DNA of 63,963 nt, the filler included, from Octopus bimaculoides (lineage: Eukaryota), in the NCBI RefSeq assembly GCF_001194135.2. It is 4 parts of 3 records of this genome, joined end to end, with 100 filler letters (N's around TTAATTAATTAA, not from the genome) between each part and the next. Parts side by side here need not be neighbours in the genome. Positions count along the whole stretch, not along the records: positions 13,460 to 42,973 come from NC_068982.1; 3 more parts are not named here. One strand, given 5' to 3'. The position numbers and the translations under genes were made by a program. Shown piece after piece: positions 25,796-38,882 of the stretch (the first letter of the stretch is position 1; every line of letters begins with the position of its first letter). Below the pieces are notes generated by a model that was not told the origin of the DNA, did not search any database, and was given only the letters and a program-made list of their open reading frames with translations.

Positions 25796-26335
25796 AACAT
25801 ACATATACCTATACGTTGTGTGGCGTGGGTGGTGGCGTATATTTTCGCTTTGTTTGCTAACTCACCATATTAATTGAGAACGCCGAATTATCTTTCCTTT
25901 CCATACTCTACTGTCGTCACAGCATTATTTCATGTCTTGTTAACAATATCTGTTATCACAAAAACAAAAAGCAAATAATAGTACTGCTTTTCACATTATT
26001 ATTAATAATAATAATAATAATAATAGTAATATAATATTATTCATAATGATAACAATGGCACCAGACAACAAAAACAGTTAGCTTAACACTAATAATATTG
26101 ATTTTATTATTCCCTAACATCATCAATATTACCATCAGCGGCATTTTTATTACTGTTTTATAAGTCTTCTTGGTATTGTTGCTATGTTTTGTTGGTGTTA
26201 TTAAGATTCCTCTTAGTTTAGTATAATTCCTAGTTTTAGTTTTCTGTAACATAATAGTCAGAAAACTGGATAGGTTATTACATAATTATATGTGCGTGTA
26301 CGCGTATATGTGTGTAGATAGATAGATAGATGGAT

Positions 26336-26367
<32 letters not shown>

Positions 26368-26376
26368 GGATAGATG

Positions 26377-26434
<58 letters not shown>

Positions 26435-26614
26435 GAGAGAGACAGGCAAAGGAGTAGAGATGTAGGCATAAACGAGTCAGCTGTATTGATTACCCGCGCT
26501 CACATTCAAGAATGAGATAACACGATATTGTGAAAAAAATCATACTGGTACAGTAAAGCTCAATTGACATTTTTAGTACGTATATATATATATATATATA
26601 TATGCGTGTGTATG

Positions 26615-26650
<36 letters not shown>

Positions 26651-26979
26651 CGTGTGTGCGTGTGTACATTTGCATGTATGTATTTATGTATGCATATGTA
26701 CATAGATGTGTACATGAACATATACTTATGTGTGTAGGTATACATCTTTTTCCCTCGTCCCACTTTTTACTTCAATCACATCTCTTCATTTCATAGTACT
26801 TTCCCTCCCTCTCCCCCTGCTTTTATCTCTCTCTCCCCTTGCTTTTCCCTACTACAACTTGCTGCTCTTTGTACAAAGCTCCTGTGGTCCTGAATAGTTC
26901 CTCATCAGTTACTGCCAGTTTTCTTACTTAGAGAATATAAAACAACTCCTACTCTCTTTAGTTTCTCTCCTCTCAACTT

Positions 26980-27015
26980 TTTTCTGATGAAGAATTCTGT
27001 CCGAAACGTTAGACT
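26980..27015 (+). ncRNA. Decayed minimal hammerhead-like motif (Penelope type)
   Basis: CTGATGA-AG-aattctgtc-C-GAAACGTT-agac. The core is intact but stems I and II pair poorly. Confidence 0.35.
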
Positions 27016-27059
27016 TTGCAATCCCCGCAACAATTTCACTGTACCCTTCTTATCGATCT

Positions 27060-27400
27060 TTATATTTTACTTGTTGCAGTCATTAGACTGCGACCATTCT
27101 GGGGCACTGCCTTGAAGAATTTCTACTCGATTGAATCGAATCCAGTACTTCTATATTTTTCTAAACCTGGTATTTATTCTACCTGTCTCTTAGGTTGAAA
27201 CGCTAAGTTACAGGGGCGTAAACACAACAGCACGGCTTGTCAATTGGTGGTAGTGGACAACGACGGACACAAAGACACGCACACAAACGCTCGAACGCAC
27301 ACACAATGGGCTTCTTTCAGTTTCCGTCTATCAAATCCATTCACAAGACCTTGGTCAACCGGAGCCTATAGTTGAAGATACTTGCCCAAGGTGCCACATG
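27060..27400 (-). mobile_element. SINE family A, decayed, head truncated
   Basis: ttttacttgttgcagtcatt...gggcttctttcagtttccgtctatcaaatcc...acttgcccaaggtgccac. Confidence 0.7.
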
Positions 27401-29064
27401 GTATTCCAAATGTGCGTGACACAAACTTAATCATAAAAGATGTCATAGACTGCATCAAGTTAGCATTGGTATAAGAAAATTTTACAGACTGGCCGAAAAT
27501 CATTTTCAGTTATGGTGATTTCAATTTTGAAAAAAAACCTTTGTAATTTATAAATGTATCGGTACTAAGAGATAAATATTTCATAATCACCCATATATAG
27601 GTGTGTGTGTCTGTGTGTGCGTGTCTGAGTGTCTGTGTGTGCGTGTGTGTGTGTGCATACATGTATGCATATATGTATGAATTTGAGGAAAGATTTTCTT
27701 TAATTTAAAAATCATTGATAATATAAAAGAAAAATTCAAAGAAGCAGAATGCCACAAATCTTGTATGCAAGCCTTTTCCTTGTTTATAGATTTTCGAACT
27801 CGTTATGTGTTAATTTGTACAAACGTTCCGACTAATTTCTCTCAATGATAAGACGCTTCGGTTATATAAGCTTATTAATGACGTGTAGGCATACGGTATT
27901 TCATTATGCAACCATAATATGCTACAAAGTATATTAAACGTTTTTATACGTCAATACCGTGCTAGCAGTGCACTTATATCACGTGTTAAGGTAATCGCTA
28001 CGGATTTTCTATAGAAATTATAGGCTGCACTAATTTTGTTACGACGTTTCATATCTGAGACGTCAGCTGTAAACATTTTTTCATCCTCAACCTCATTCTT
28101 CGTTTACATTTAACACTTCGGATACGAAACATTGTTACAAAATCAGTGCTGGCTATAATTTCTTCCGAAAATCTGTGGATATCGCCTCAACATGTGTGTG
28201 TGTGTGTGTGTGTATACATACATGCATTCATACATACNNNNNNNNNNNNNNNNNNNNNNNNNNNNNNNNNNNNNNNNNNNNNNNNNNNNNNNNNNNNNNN
28301 NNNNNNNNNNNNNNNNNNNNNNNNNNNNNNNNNNNNNNNNNNNNNNNNNNNNNNNNNNNNNNNNNNNNNNNNNNNNNNNNNNNNNNNNNNNNNNNNNNNN
28401 NNNNNNNNNNNNNNNNNNNNNNNNNNNNNNNNNNNNNNNNNNNNNNNNNNNNNNNNNNNNNNNNNNNNNNNNNNNNNNNNNNNNNNNNNNNNNNNNNNNN
28501 NNNNNNNNNNNNNNNNNNNNNNNNNNNNNNNNNNNNNNNNNNNNNNNNNNNNNNNNNNNNNNNNNNNNNNNNGGTGGTGCTGATGGTGTGGAGGAAGAAG
28601 AACTAGCGTTATGAAGGGTGAGGGAGAGGCGGAAAAGGAAGAGGTAGTCGTCACGATGATGATGAGAAGGAGGAAGAGGAGGAAGTGGAAGAAGAGGATG
28701 AAGAGGGGTAGGAGTAGGAGGAGGAGAAGAAAAAGAAAGAAGAGGAGGAAAAGAAAGAAGAGGAGAAAGAGGAAAAGAAAGAAGAGGAGAGAAAGAGGAA
28801 AAGAAAGAAGAGGAGGAGAAAGAGGAAAAGAAAGAAGAGGGGGAGAAAGAGGAAAAGAAAAAAGAGGAGGAGAAAGAGGAAAAGAAAGAAGAGGCGGAGA
28901 AAGAGGAAAAGAAAGAAGAGGAAGAGAAAGAGGAGGAAAGAAAGAGGAGGAAGAGAAGGGAGAAGGGAGGACAACGACGCCACCCCCGCCCGTTTCCAAG
29001 GCTGCAGTAACCAAGAGGACTGCGACGACGACGATGACACCCACAACTGAAAGCAATACAAATA

Positions 29065-29261
29065 TTGGTTTAGCATGCCGCATAAAATGTCCCGTGGCAT
29101 GTCTTCCAGCTTTACATTCCGAGTTCAAATTCCGCCGCAGTCGACTTTGTCTTTAATTCCTTCAGGGACTATGAAATAAGAAATTGAGCCCCTCCCCGAA
29201 CTTCCTGTCCTTGCGCCAAAATCTGAAACCATTATTATCATCATCATCATCATCATCATCC

Positions 29262-29295
<34 letters not shown>

Positions 29296-30034
29296 CCTCA
29301 TCATCATCATCCTCATCATCCTCATCATCATCGTCGTCGTCGTCGTCGTCGTCGTCGTTGTTGTTGTTGTTGTTGTTGTTGTTGTTATTATTATTATCAT
29401 AAGGGGCAAGCTGGCAGAATCATGACACACCGGTCAAAATGCATAGCGTCATTTCGTCCGCCCTTACATTATGCGTTCAAATTTCGCCGTGGTCATCTTT
29501 GCCATTCGTCCTTTCGGTGTCGATAAAATAAATACCAGTTACATACTGGGATCGATGTAATCGGCTAGTCCCTTCCTCGAACTTGCTGGCCTTGTGCCAA
29601 AATGACGGCCATCTGGCAGAATCGTTTACATGCCAATCAAAATGCTAAGCTGTATTTCGTTCGTCCTTACATTATGAGTTCAAATTCCACTGAGGTCGAC
29701 TTTCCCTTTCATCTTTTCGGGGCCGATAAAATTAGTACCAGTTGAACATTGTGGTCAAAATTGCAGGCCGTGTGCCTTTAGTAGAAAGGATTGACAGAAT
29801 CGTTACCACGCCGGACGAAATGCTTACCAGTATTTCGTCTGTCTTTCTGTTCAGAGTTCAGATTCTACCGAGGTCGACTTTGCTTTTCACCCTTTCAGGG
29901 TCGATAAAATAAGTACCATTGAAATGCTGAGGTCGATGTAATCGACTAGTTTCATCCCCACAAATTCCAGGTCTTGTGCCTATACTAGAAAGGATTATTA
30001 TAATTATTATTATTGCTGTTGTTATTATTATTGC

Positions 30035-30074
<40 letters not shown>

Positions 30075-30335
30075 ATTATTATCATTATTATTTTTATTAT
30101 TATTATTACTAATGTGGCGAACTGGCAGAATCGTTAGCACGCCGAGCAAAATGCTTAGCAGCATTTCGTCTGTCTTTAATATTCTGAGTTCAAATTCCAC
30201 CGAGGTCGACTTTACCCTTCATCCTTTCGGGGTCAATGAAATAAGTACCAGTTGAGCAATGGCGTCGCTGTAACTGACCTTTCCCACTTTCACCAAACAT
30301 TTAGGCCTTGAGACTATATAATAGAAAGGGTTATT
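29065..30335 (+). mobile_element. Cluster of five co-oriented SINE family B copies, some separated by trinucleotide microsatellites
   Basis: Copies at about 29065-29230, 29400-29605, 29605-29790, 29790-29995 and 30112-30335, each with the gagttcaaatt/gtcgacttt core. Confidence 0.85.
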
Positions 30336-30715
30336 CTTATCATTAACTTAGCGATAATAGACGCGGTGGAGGTCGGTGGAGGGACCGACATTGACGACGT
30401 GGTACTTATAGGATGTTGTACTGGCAGCTACTCCTAAACCTGACACTTCCTACCGTCTGGCCACCATGTGAGAACATATCAGACCGAAGTGAACACCTGC
30501 AAACAGGCTTGGCACGCAATAAATCAAACGTCTACCTAGCAAGAAGGAAAAAAAATCCTCCCAAATAACTATTCATAGACACTCCCTCACGAATACACAA
30601 ATGTGTATGCATATATCGACACTATATATGTGCGTGTGTGTATTGTGTGTCTGTGTGCGTATGTGTGTATATACATATAGATATATATTTACTATTATGT
30701 ACGAGTATATGCGCA

Positions 30716-30748
<33 letters not shown>

Positions 30749-31070
30749 ATATATGCATAATATATATATAAAAACACAATATATATATATATGTAATACA
30801 TATATATTTGTGTATATAATTATATATCTATATATAGATATATATATATACATATATGTATATATGTATATATGTAGGTACATATACATATATACATAGA
30901 TACATACATATATATGTATACACATGCACACACACATACATGTATATGTAAAGTAAGATATCTATATGTTTGTTACTAAGGAAAGTGTATTGAATAGAGG
31001 AAGGGTGCTAAGGTGGAAGAGATGTATAGCTATGTGTGTGCATGTGTGTATGCTTGTGTGTGTGCGTGTG

Positions 31071-31109
<39 letters not shown>

Positions 31110-31153
31110 GTGTGTGTGTGCATGTGTGTATGTACATGCATATTTAAGTATGC

Positions 31154-31189
<36 letters not shown>

Positions 31190-32959
31190 NNNNNNNNNNN
31201 NNNNNNNNNNNNNNNNNNNNNNNNNNNNNNNNNNNNNNNNNNNNNNNNNNNNNNNNNNNNNNNNNNNNNNNNNNNNNNNNNNNNNNNNNNNNNNNNNNNN
31301 NNNNNNNNNNNNNNNNNNNNNNNNNNNNNNNNNNNNNNNNNNNNNNNNNNNNNNNNNNNNNNNNNNNNNNNNNNNNNNNNNNNNNNNNNNNNNNNNNNNN
31401 NNNNNNNNNNNNNNNNNNNNNNNNNNNNNNNNNNNNNNNNNNNNNNNNNNNNNNNNNNNNNNNNNNNNNNNNNNNNNNNNNNNNNNNNNNNNNNNNNNNN
31501 NNNNNNNNNNNNNNNNNNNNNNNNNNNNNNNNNNNNNNNNNNNNNNNNNNNNNNNNNNNNNNNNNNNNNNNNNNNNNNNNNNNNNNNNNNNNNNNNNNNN
31601 NNNNNNNNNNNNNNNNNNNNNNNNNNNNNNNNNNNNNNNNNNNNNNNNNNNNNNNNNNNNNNNNNNNNNNNNNNNNNNNNNNNNNNNNNNNNNNNNNNNN
31701 NNNNNNNNNNNNNNNNNNNNNNNNNNNNNNNNNNNNNNNNNNNNNNNNNNNNNNNNNNNNNNNNNNNNNNNNNNNNNNNNNNNNNNNNNNNNNNNNNNNN
31801 NNNNNNNNNNNNNNNNNNNNNNNNNNNNNNNNNNNNNNNNNNNNNNNNNNNNNNNNNNNNNNNNNNNNNNNNNNNNNNNNNNNNNNNNNNNNNNNNNNNN
31901 NNNNNNNNNNNNNNNNNNNNNNNNNNNNNNNNNNNNNNNNNNNNNNNNNNNNNNNNNNNNNNNNNNNNNNNNNNNNNNNNNNNNNNNNNNNNNNNNNNNN
32001 NNNAAAAACACAATATATATATATATGTAATACATATATATTTGTGTATATAATTATATATCTATATATAGATATATATATATACATATATATATATATG
32101 CATGTGTGTGTGTGTGTATATGGATTATATATATATAAGTGATTACAATGAAACCAAATCGCAAGCCTTCCACAAATTTTACCTTGGCTAAAACATTACT
32201 GTACTTATACTGTTTATTCGTCCGAACGAGAACATTTTATGAGTTCTAGACTCCTCGTTTTCGCTCTACCTACGCGATGGATATGTCGTAAAACATCACG
32301 TAATACTGCGAGCTGAATAGAACCCATTGCTTTCGTGTAGTCTGTACCTCCACGTAACTATTTCTAGTTAGCTTTAGCAGGACAGTTCAAACTTTAGTGG
32401 ACATTAGATATAAAGTTCCTATTGATAAATTTTTGCCTACAGATACCAATACGTACATGCATTTCCCGTTTATATATTACATCTAATCGCCTATCTCGTA
32501 ATATACACGCGGGAAATGTATGTATGTATTGGTATCGGTACGCAAAAATTTATCGGTATGTATTCGTATTTTCGCTTATGTGTTGTCAGTTTATCTCTAA
32601 TGATTAGTGCAAAGTAATCGTCATTACAGAGGACAAAATCTTAAGACATAGGATTATCTGAAATTTGTAAATCTTCTTGCTCATGTACTCGCATTCGGCC
32701 TTGAGTTATAAAGAGAGAATAAATTTAGAGTGGATTGTAGGTATTTGACATCTACTTCTAGCGTATAGGCGCTGGCATTCCAGTGCCCTTAATTATGAAT
32801 ATATTTTTATAATTATGCACTTAAAATTTAATTTTACCGATAGTCGTTTTTTATACACTAGACACTGATCACTCATAGAATGATATTAATGATTATATCC
32901 TCTAAGTGTGTATATATATATATATATATATTGTATATAATTAATCAAAAAAATAATAC

Positions 32960-33155
32960 GGAGAAAAAAGACAACAAGGAAAAAGCGCAAGGACGTAGTG
33001 CATGCAAAGTATTAATAGAACATTCAGAGAAGGAAAGAAAGAGCGGCTGTTTTACGTTTCGAGCAAAGCTCTTCTTCGGAAACCGGAGACATATGAAAGT
33101 CCAAAAGAAAAGGAAGACAGAGGAAAAAAATCACAAGCAGTCCACGAGTAGTTGC
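32960..33155 (-). mobile_element. Penelope-type terminal-repeat fragment with minimal hammerhead-like motif (33049-33083)
   Basis: Minus strand gttt-CCGAAGA-A-gagc(ttt)gctc-GAAACGTA-aaac. Confidence 0.55.
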
Positions 33156-33156
33156 A

Positions 33157-33195
<39 letters not shown>

Positions 33196-33548
33196 NNNNN
33201 NNNNNNNNNNNNNNNNNNNNNNNNNNNNNNNNNNNNNNNNNNNNNNNNNNNNNNNNNNNNNNNNNNNNNNNNNNNNNNNNNNNNNNNNNNNNNNNNNNNN
33301 NNNNNNNNNNNNNNNNNNNNNNNNNNNNNNNNNNNNNNNNNNNNNNNNNNNNNNNNNNNNNNNNNNNNNNNNNNNNNNNNNNNNNNNNNNNNNNNNNNNN
33401 NNNNNNNNNNNNNNNNNNNNNNNNNNNNNNNNNNNNNNNNNNNNNNNNNNNNNNNNNNNNNNNNNNNNNNNNNNNNNNNNNNNNNNNNNNNNNNNNNNNN
33501 NNNNNNNNNNNNNNNNNNNNNNNNNNNNNNNNNNNNNNNNNNNNNNNN

Positions 33549-33595
<47 letters not shown>

Positions 33596-33824
33596 AACAA
33601 AGTATGGGGGATTGGTTCACAGGTGATCTAAACGATTAGGTAAGCTAGGTAAGTGCTGTAACGGATTACTAGTGCTTCAAATTTATAGCCGAGACGGTAG
33701 TTTTATGGAGCCATTGCAGATTTCTCATGCAGATGATATATAATTGTTAAATAGGGCAACAAACATTAAGGCAAGGCAAACATCTCAAGTCATATACAAT
33801 ATTATTATTGGAAAAAAATTCAAA

Positions 33825-33880
33825 GTCTTACATCTGTTTCTGGGATACCCCTGAGTATAGGATATTCCGTCATCAGCGAC
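33825..33880 (-). ncRNA. Hammerhead-like motif, second family (GAAACAGCTGTA type)
   Basis: Minus strand gtcg-CTGATGA-cggaatatcc(tatactca)ggggtatccca-GAAA-C(agat)GTA-agac. Canonical core, stems with a few mismatches. Confidence 0.55.
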
Positions 33881-34063
33881 AAATAGGGAAAAATAAGGAA
33901 AATGAGAATGGCATATATTAATGAGATGACGACGGAGAGGAAGGGAGTGAAAGAATAAGGAGACGGAGAGAAAGAAGAAAAAGGAAGCATAAAAGTTTTG
34001 CCTTAATGCTTGTTGTCCTTTTTAACAATTATGTATATACATTATATATATACACGTATATAA

Positions 34064-34102
<39 letters not shown>

Positions 34103-34134
34103 TATGTATATACATACACATATANNNNNNNNNN

Positions 34135-34205
<71 letters not shown>

Positions 34206-34564
34206 GTGTATACGCGCACATACGTAACTGACCTCATTCATTGATCTTTCAAATGTCTTAAGACGCAGGCGCATTTGACCTACCACTTACTTGTTTCGTG
34301 GCATAGTTATGGGCTCTTTACACAGTACGAAAGGTGCAAAGCATTATTTTACATAGACGTCAGTGTTATGGCCACAGGATGGGTTCTACTCGTAAATTAT
34401 GCACTTCTGCCAGTGATTCTAGACTTTTTCCTCTAATTCTGTATATGTCCAACAGTTATGTGAGATTTTGGATACTTTTAGTATATTTATCCTTGGACAC
34501 AGCACGAAGCCAGTTACCTCTGTTTGTCTGCTGGTCTGTCTGTCTGTTTGTATGCCTCTCCTTC

Positions 34565-34614
<50 letters not shown>

Positions 34615-34638
34615 ATTCGTACTCAATCTTTCTGACAT

Positions 34639-34680
<42 letters not shown>

Positions 34681-37567
34681 CATACATTAATGCATACATA
34701 GACACATATGTTTATGTCTCTATCTGTATATATACATGTACCAGCTTTCCCTTGTTGTAAGGCGTCACTTTCTCCCTCTGACATTTACACCTTTATTTGA
34801 TCAAATCATTCAAGACAAACATAACATTCTTCTGTCTGTATACGGATCTTTTTCTTTGTTACAAACTTTAGGTCAAAGTTTTAAATGTTGATTAAAATGT
34901 AATTTTTTTTTTTTTTTTTAAACTTCCTGTTCTCTCAGATAAATAAGTTAATATCCTAATGCAGTCAATGGTATTAAATAATATTATGCTCCCTATGAAA
35001 TATTGACCTCTGTCAAGTCTATCACACCTTTTATGGCTGATATAGCAGATTAGCATCTCATAGACGACTTTTTTTTTCTTGTATTTTAACTATTTTCCTC
35101 ACTTCGACATTCTTAATTTCTATGGGAAAACAAAATTCTTTTCGTCATTGCTTGACTTCGTGAACGAAGGCGCACGAAGGGGGCTGTCCACATGAAATTT
35201 AGGCTTGCAGTTTAGCATCTCACATTTTAGCCTGGAGGCTAAAATGTGAGAAGTACATTTCGCTGCAACAGCTTCAAGACCAATCCTGCTCTGAGTTGCG
35301 TATGCAGCGATTCTTCCTCAAACGCTTTGGTCCTCGAGTTCAGTCCCGTGGCATTTTTAGTGGAGGTGACAAACTGTTGGATGACATGTCATCACGCCTC
35401 GCAATTATAGTATATCAATAATGACAGTCAATGTGAAAACACCAAGAACTTTCTTCAGAAACGCATTTGAAATTTTCTTTGATGTCACTCTGTTTTGGTG
35501 ACCAGTGAAGAGTTCGCCGTTCAACATAAACGCAGGTAAGCTGTGGTCCTCACCAATTTCTCAAGTTTGATATGGAGATCTGCTCAATGAAGTTTGTAGC
35601 TCGGACATGGAAGTCTTTTTTTCTGGAAACCTCTACTAATAAATTTCCTAAGAAATTCATCCCCAGTGACTAGACAAGACAACAATCACAATCCATTAAA
35701 ACGATCGGTCGACTAATTAGAAGATCTACTTAATTAAGGTTGGATTGAACTTAAAAGCAACGAAAGTACCAATTCCCCCACGAATCAGTGCAAGAATTCT
35801 TACCTGATCGACCGACCACCAAGAAATATCAATAAAAAATCCCCTTAAATCACGTTCTAATTGACTTAAAAATTTAAGAATATATAAATATATTGTTTAA
35901 TATGTATTTCTATGCAATTTCGAAATAAAAGTGATGATAGTCACGGCTCGAATTCTGCTCGTTTAGAGCCGACTTGTGACTAAATACTAACAACAACAAT
36001 AACATCAATGAAAGCACAGGCTCACCTCTCTTTCTCTCTCTCTCTCTATCTCTCTCTCTCTCTCTCTCTCTCGCTCGCTCTCTCTCTTCCTCCTCCTCCC
36101 TCTCTCAAATCATTCTATCTTAAAAGTAAAATGTTGGTGAGATTGGAAAACACAATTTCAGTTGGAGCAGGAGGGCAGAATCACGGCAAGAATGTCTTTA
36201 ATCAGCGTGCTCGGTCAGAGCTGACCTAAGACTTAATGACAACATATGCATAGATATATGAAGAAATGAATTTAAACTCAAAAGATATGTGAATACTGTA
36301 CAAGTATATGGGCAACAGTTGAACAACCTTCTTAAATCACCTTATACAATATTATGGAGACAAATGACTTCTTTGAAAATGTTTGTTCAAAGAGGACTTC
36401 GTTACAACTGGGCTGTCTTGGATCATGGATCTGCTAGATGAAATCTGACTAATGGCTAAACTACAAGTATTATCCAACTATAATGTTACTCAACGAGATC
36501 ACACTTAAAAAGTATTACATTTCATTATTGCTCTGTTGCACAACTCTGATTTTATGCCACCACACTAAACTAATATTTCTCCGCATCACAATATTACACT
36601 ACTACTCTGTACTGTTACACTACAATCCTAAATTCATCCATCCTGTTGCACCTTTACACAACACAAAAATACTAATCGTTTACAAAAGTGTCTCTTTAAG
36701 TTCTTTCGACCAGCTAAAAACATGTCTAATTTCTATCAAATTGCACCTTGTTTTCTTAAAACCTGAGAGACACATTGCATAGCGTAATTTTAGATATATC
36801 AAACCTTCATTATAAAATAATTTGATGGCCACACCTGGAGCATCTTTCATTATAGATTTTCCTAAATTAGTTCTGAGCTGGGGATCACCAACAATAACGT
36901 CAACATCGCAATCAATATCGTGCCATATGTTGCTATATATTCTCTGAAGATTTACTCTAAATCACCTTAGTAACGCTGCACACGATTTCTTATTGTCTGG
37001 GATGAAAGGATTTTTAAGCTATTGATACTTGTCTTAATCTCCTGGTAACTGTCTAAACAGATGGAAATTATTCATGTATATCTGAGACTGAATGTTTGCA
37101 ACAACAATTTCGTTTAGTCTCAAGTCAAGCCAGATCGATCATTGCAATCTCATTTTTATTTCTTTTTTCTCATATGATTTTTATTTATCTAAAACGGTAA
37201 GCTGATATCTGGAGCGGTGGTGATTTAGCTGCTATTTTTAGCAAGCTGAACAACTTTCTGGAGATTCTATCAACGGTCCTATCAAAAATATATAGAATCG
37301 GAAACTCGCTTAAGCACAACTGTCAAGTGTTTAAATTAATATTAATAAACTCATAACTTTCTGAAACTCGCTCTATATGCGTTTTCAAGTCCTCATTCAT
37401 TCTAAGAGAACAACAGAATATTTGCTAATACATTAAAATATCAACTAATTAGTAATATGATTTTGTACTATATCTACGATATCGTCTTCATTTCATAGTT
37501 TCAATAGGCATCGAGATGTTAACATTAGGTAATAAAAAATAAAAAGTAAACGTTTCCTTCTCGAGCA

Positions 37568-37794
37568 ATGCCAGGCTCATGTGGGCCGGTTTCCCGGTTT
37601 CAATGGCGTATATATTCCCCACCTGGACGGGACGCCGATCCGTCGCAGGATTACTCATTTTTGCCAACTGAGTGAACTAGAGCAACGTGAAATGAGGTGT
37701 TTTGCTCAAGAACGCAACGCGTCACGCGGTCCAGGAATCGAAATCACAATCTTACGATCATAAGTCCAACAGCCTTACCACTAAGCCACGCACC
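37568..37794 (-). mobile_element. SINE family C (tRNA-head)
   Basis: Minus head ggtgcgtggcttagtggtaag...atttcgattcctgg (A and B boxes), then ttgagcaaaacacctc and cctgcgacggatcggcgtcccgtccagg. Confidence 0.8.
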
Positions 37795-38882
37795 TTCAGT
37801 AACATTAAGTAATACGCCTCTAAAATTTTCTTTGGCAGCCTCACTATAGGTTTGTAAACGAGTATGCATATACATGCACGCACACACACATACACACACA
37901 CACGGGCAGAGAAAGAGACAGACAGATAGATAAGTAAACCATTTATATAAATAAAAATGAGTTACGAGAGATAACTCAGAGGTCAATAGAATGTACTTGA
38001 ATAGCATAGGCAAATACGGGTATATCAACTAATCTACGGCAGTAATTTATTATGATTTTCTCCACTTCTAAAGGATGTGTCATAATGAACAAATTGCAAT
38101 TAAAAGCGCATCCATGTGATGAAGGAAAATAATTTCAAGATTCAAATATTCTCTAAATTTGACATGCCTTAAAAGAAAAGGTACATTTACTGTCTGGAGA
38201 AAAGAGGCAGTCATGGACATGTGCTTCTACCTCACTAGGCGTCATCGGCACGACGATTGTCGAACCTTGTCTTTAAATCCCCTGTGGCTAAGCGACTTAA
38301 ATATATACAAAATATAGAACACATTTATGACTTGAATAATTTGCATTATTTAAGCAAAATGAGCTACATCATATGATTTCGATCGACCAGTGGTATAAAT
38401 TTAAACAACATTGATGAATACAGTATATCAAATGCAATACATCATAATTTCTTGATATATTAATATTATCTTTATATTTATATGTATTTATAAAGTGGAA
38501 GTCGACTCGTGACCAGATACGGCCACTTCCTCAATTCAGTAGGTCCATGTAAACGTTCTGAGAGTGCAAGAATCTTCTGTGCGTGAGTTTGTTTTCAGTA
38601 GATAAAGTGCTGCACTTTTCAGCAAAATCAGCTATAAAGCCAGGGGCACAAAAATGGTTGAGACTAGAAACCAAACCATCTGTAGATCCACTAACTGTCT
38701 GAAGGTGGCAATGCGCCACCAATTGGGCAAAAGAAAAGTAATTATTAGCATAAGTGTTGTAGGTTCGTTAGTGAACGTGAGTTCAATCTCTGGATCAGTG
38801 AAAATTTATCTACTCTTGTTAAACCGTAACAAACTATTAGAATCATAAGAAAAAGAAACTAGAATGGAGAGCATCACGTATA

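Noticed and set aside
28611-29156. 181-aa Arg/Lys/Glu-rich, protamine-like ORF
   Set aside because: It is built from a degenerate purine minisatellite (gaggaaaagaaagaagaggag)n ending in a SINE; there is no splice or other coding evidence.
30769-32095. About 90-bp direct repeat on both sides of an 834-nt gap (30769-30860 and 32004-32095)
   Set aside because: Near-identical low-complexity sequence next to a gap; most likely an assembly overlap artefact.
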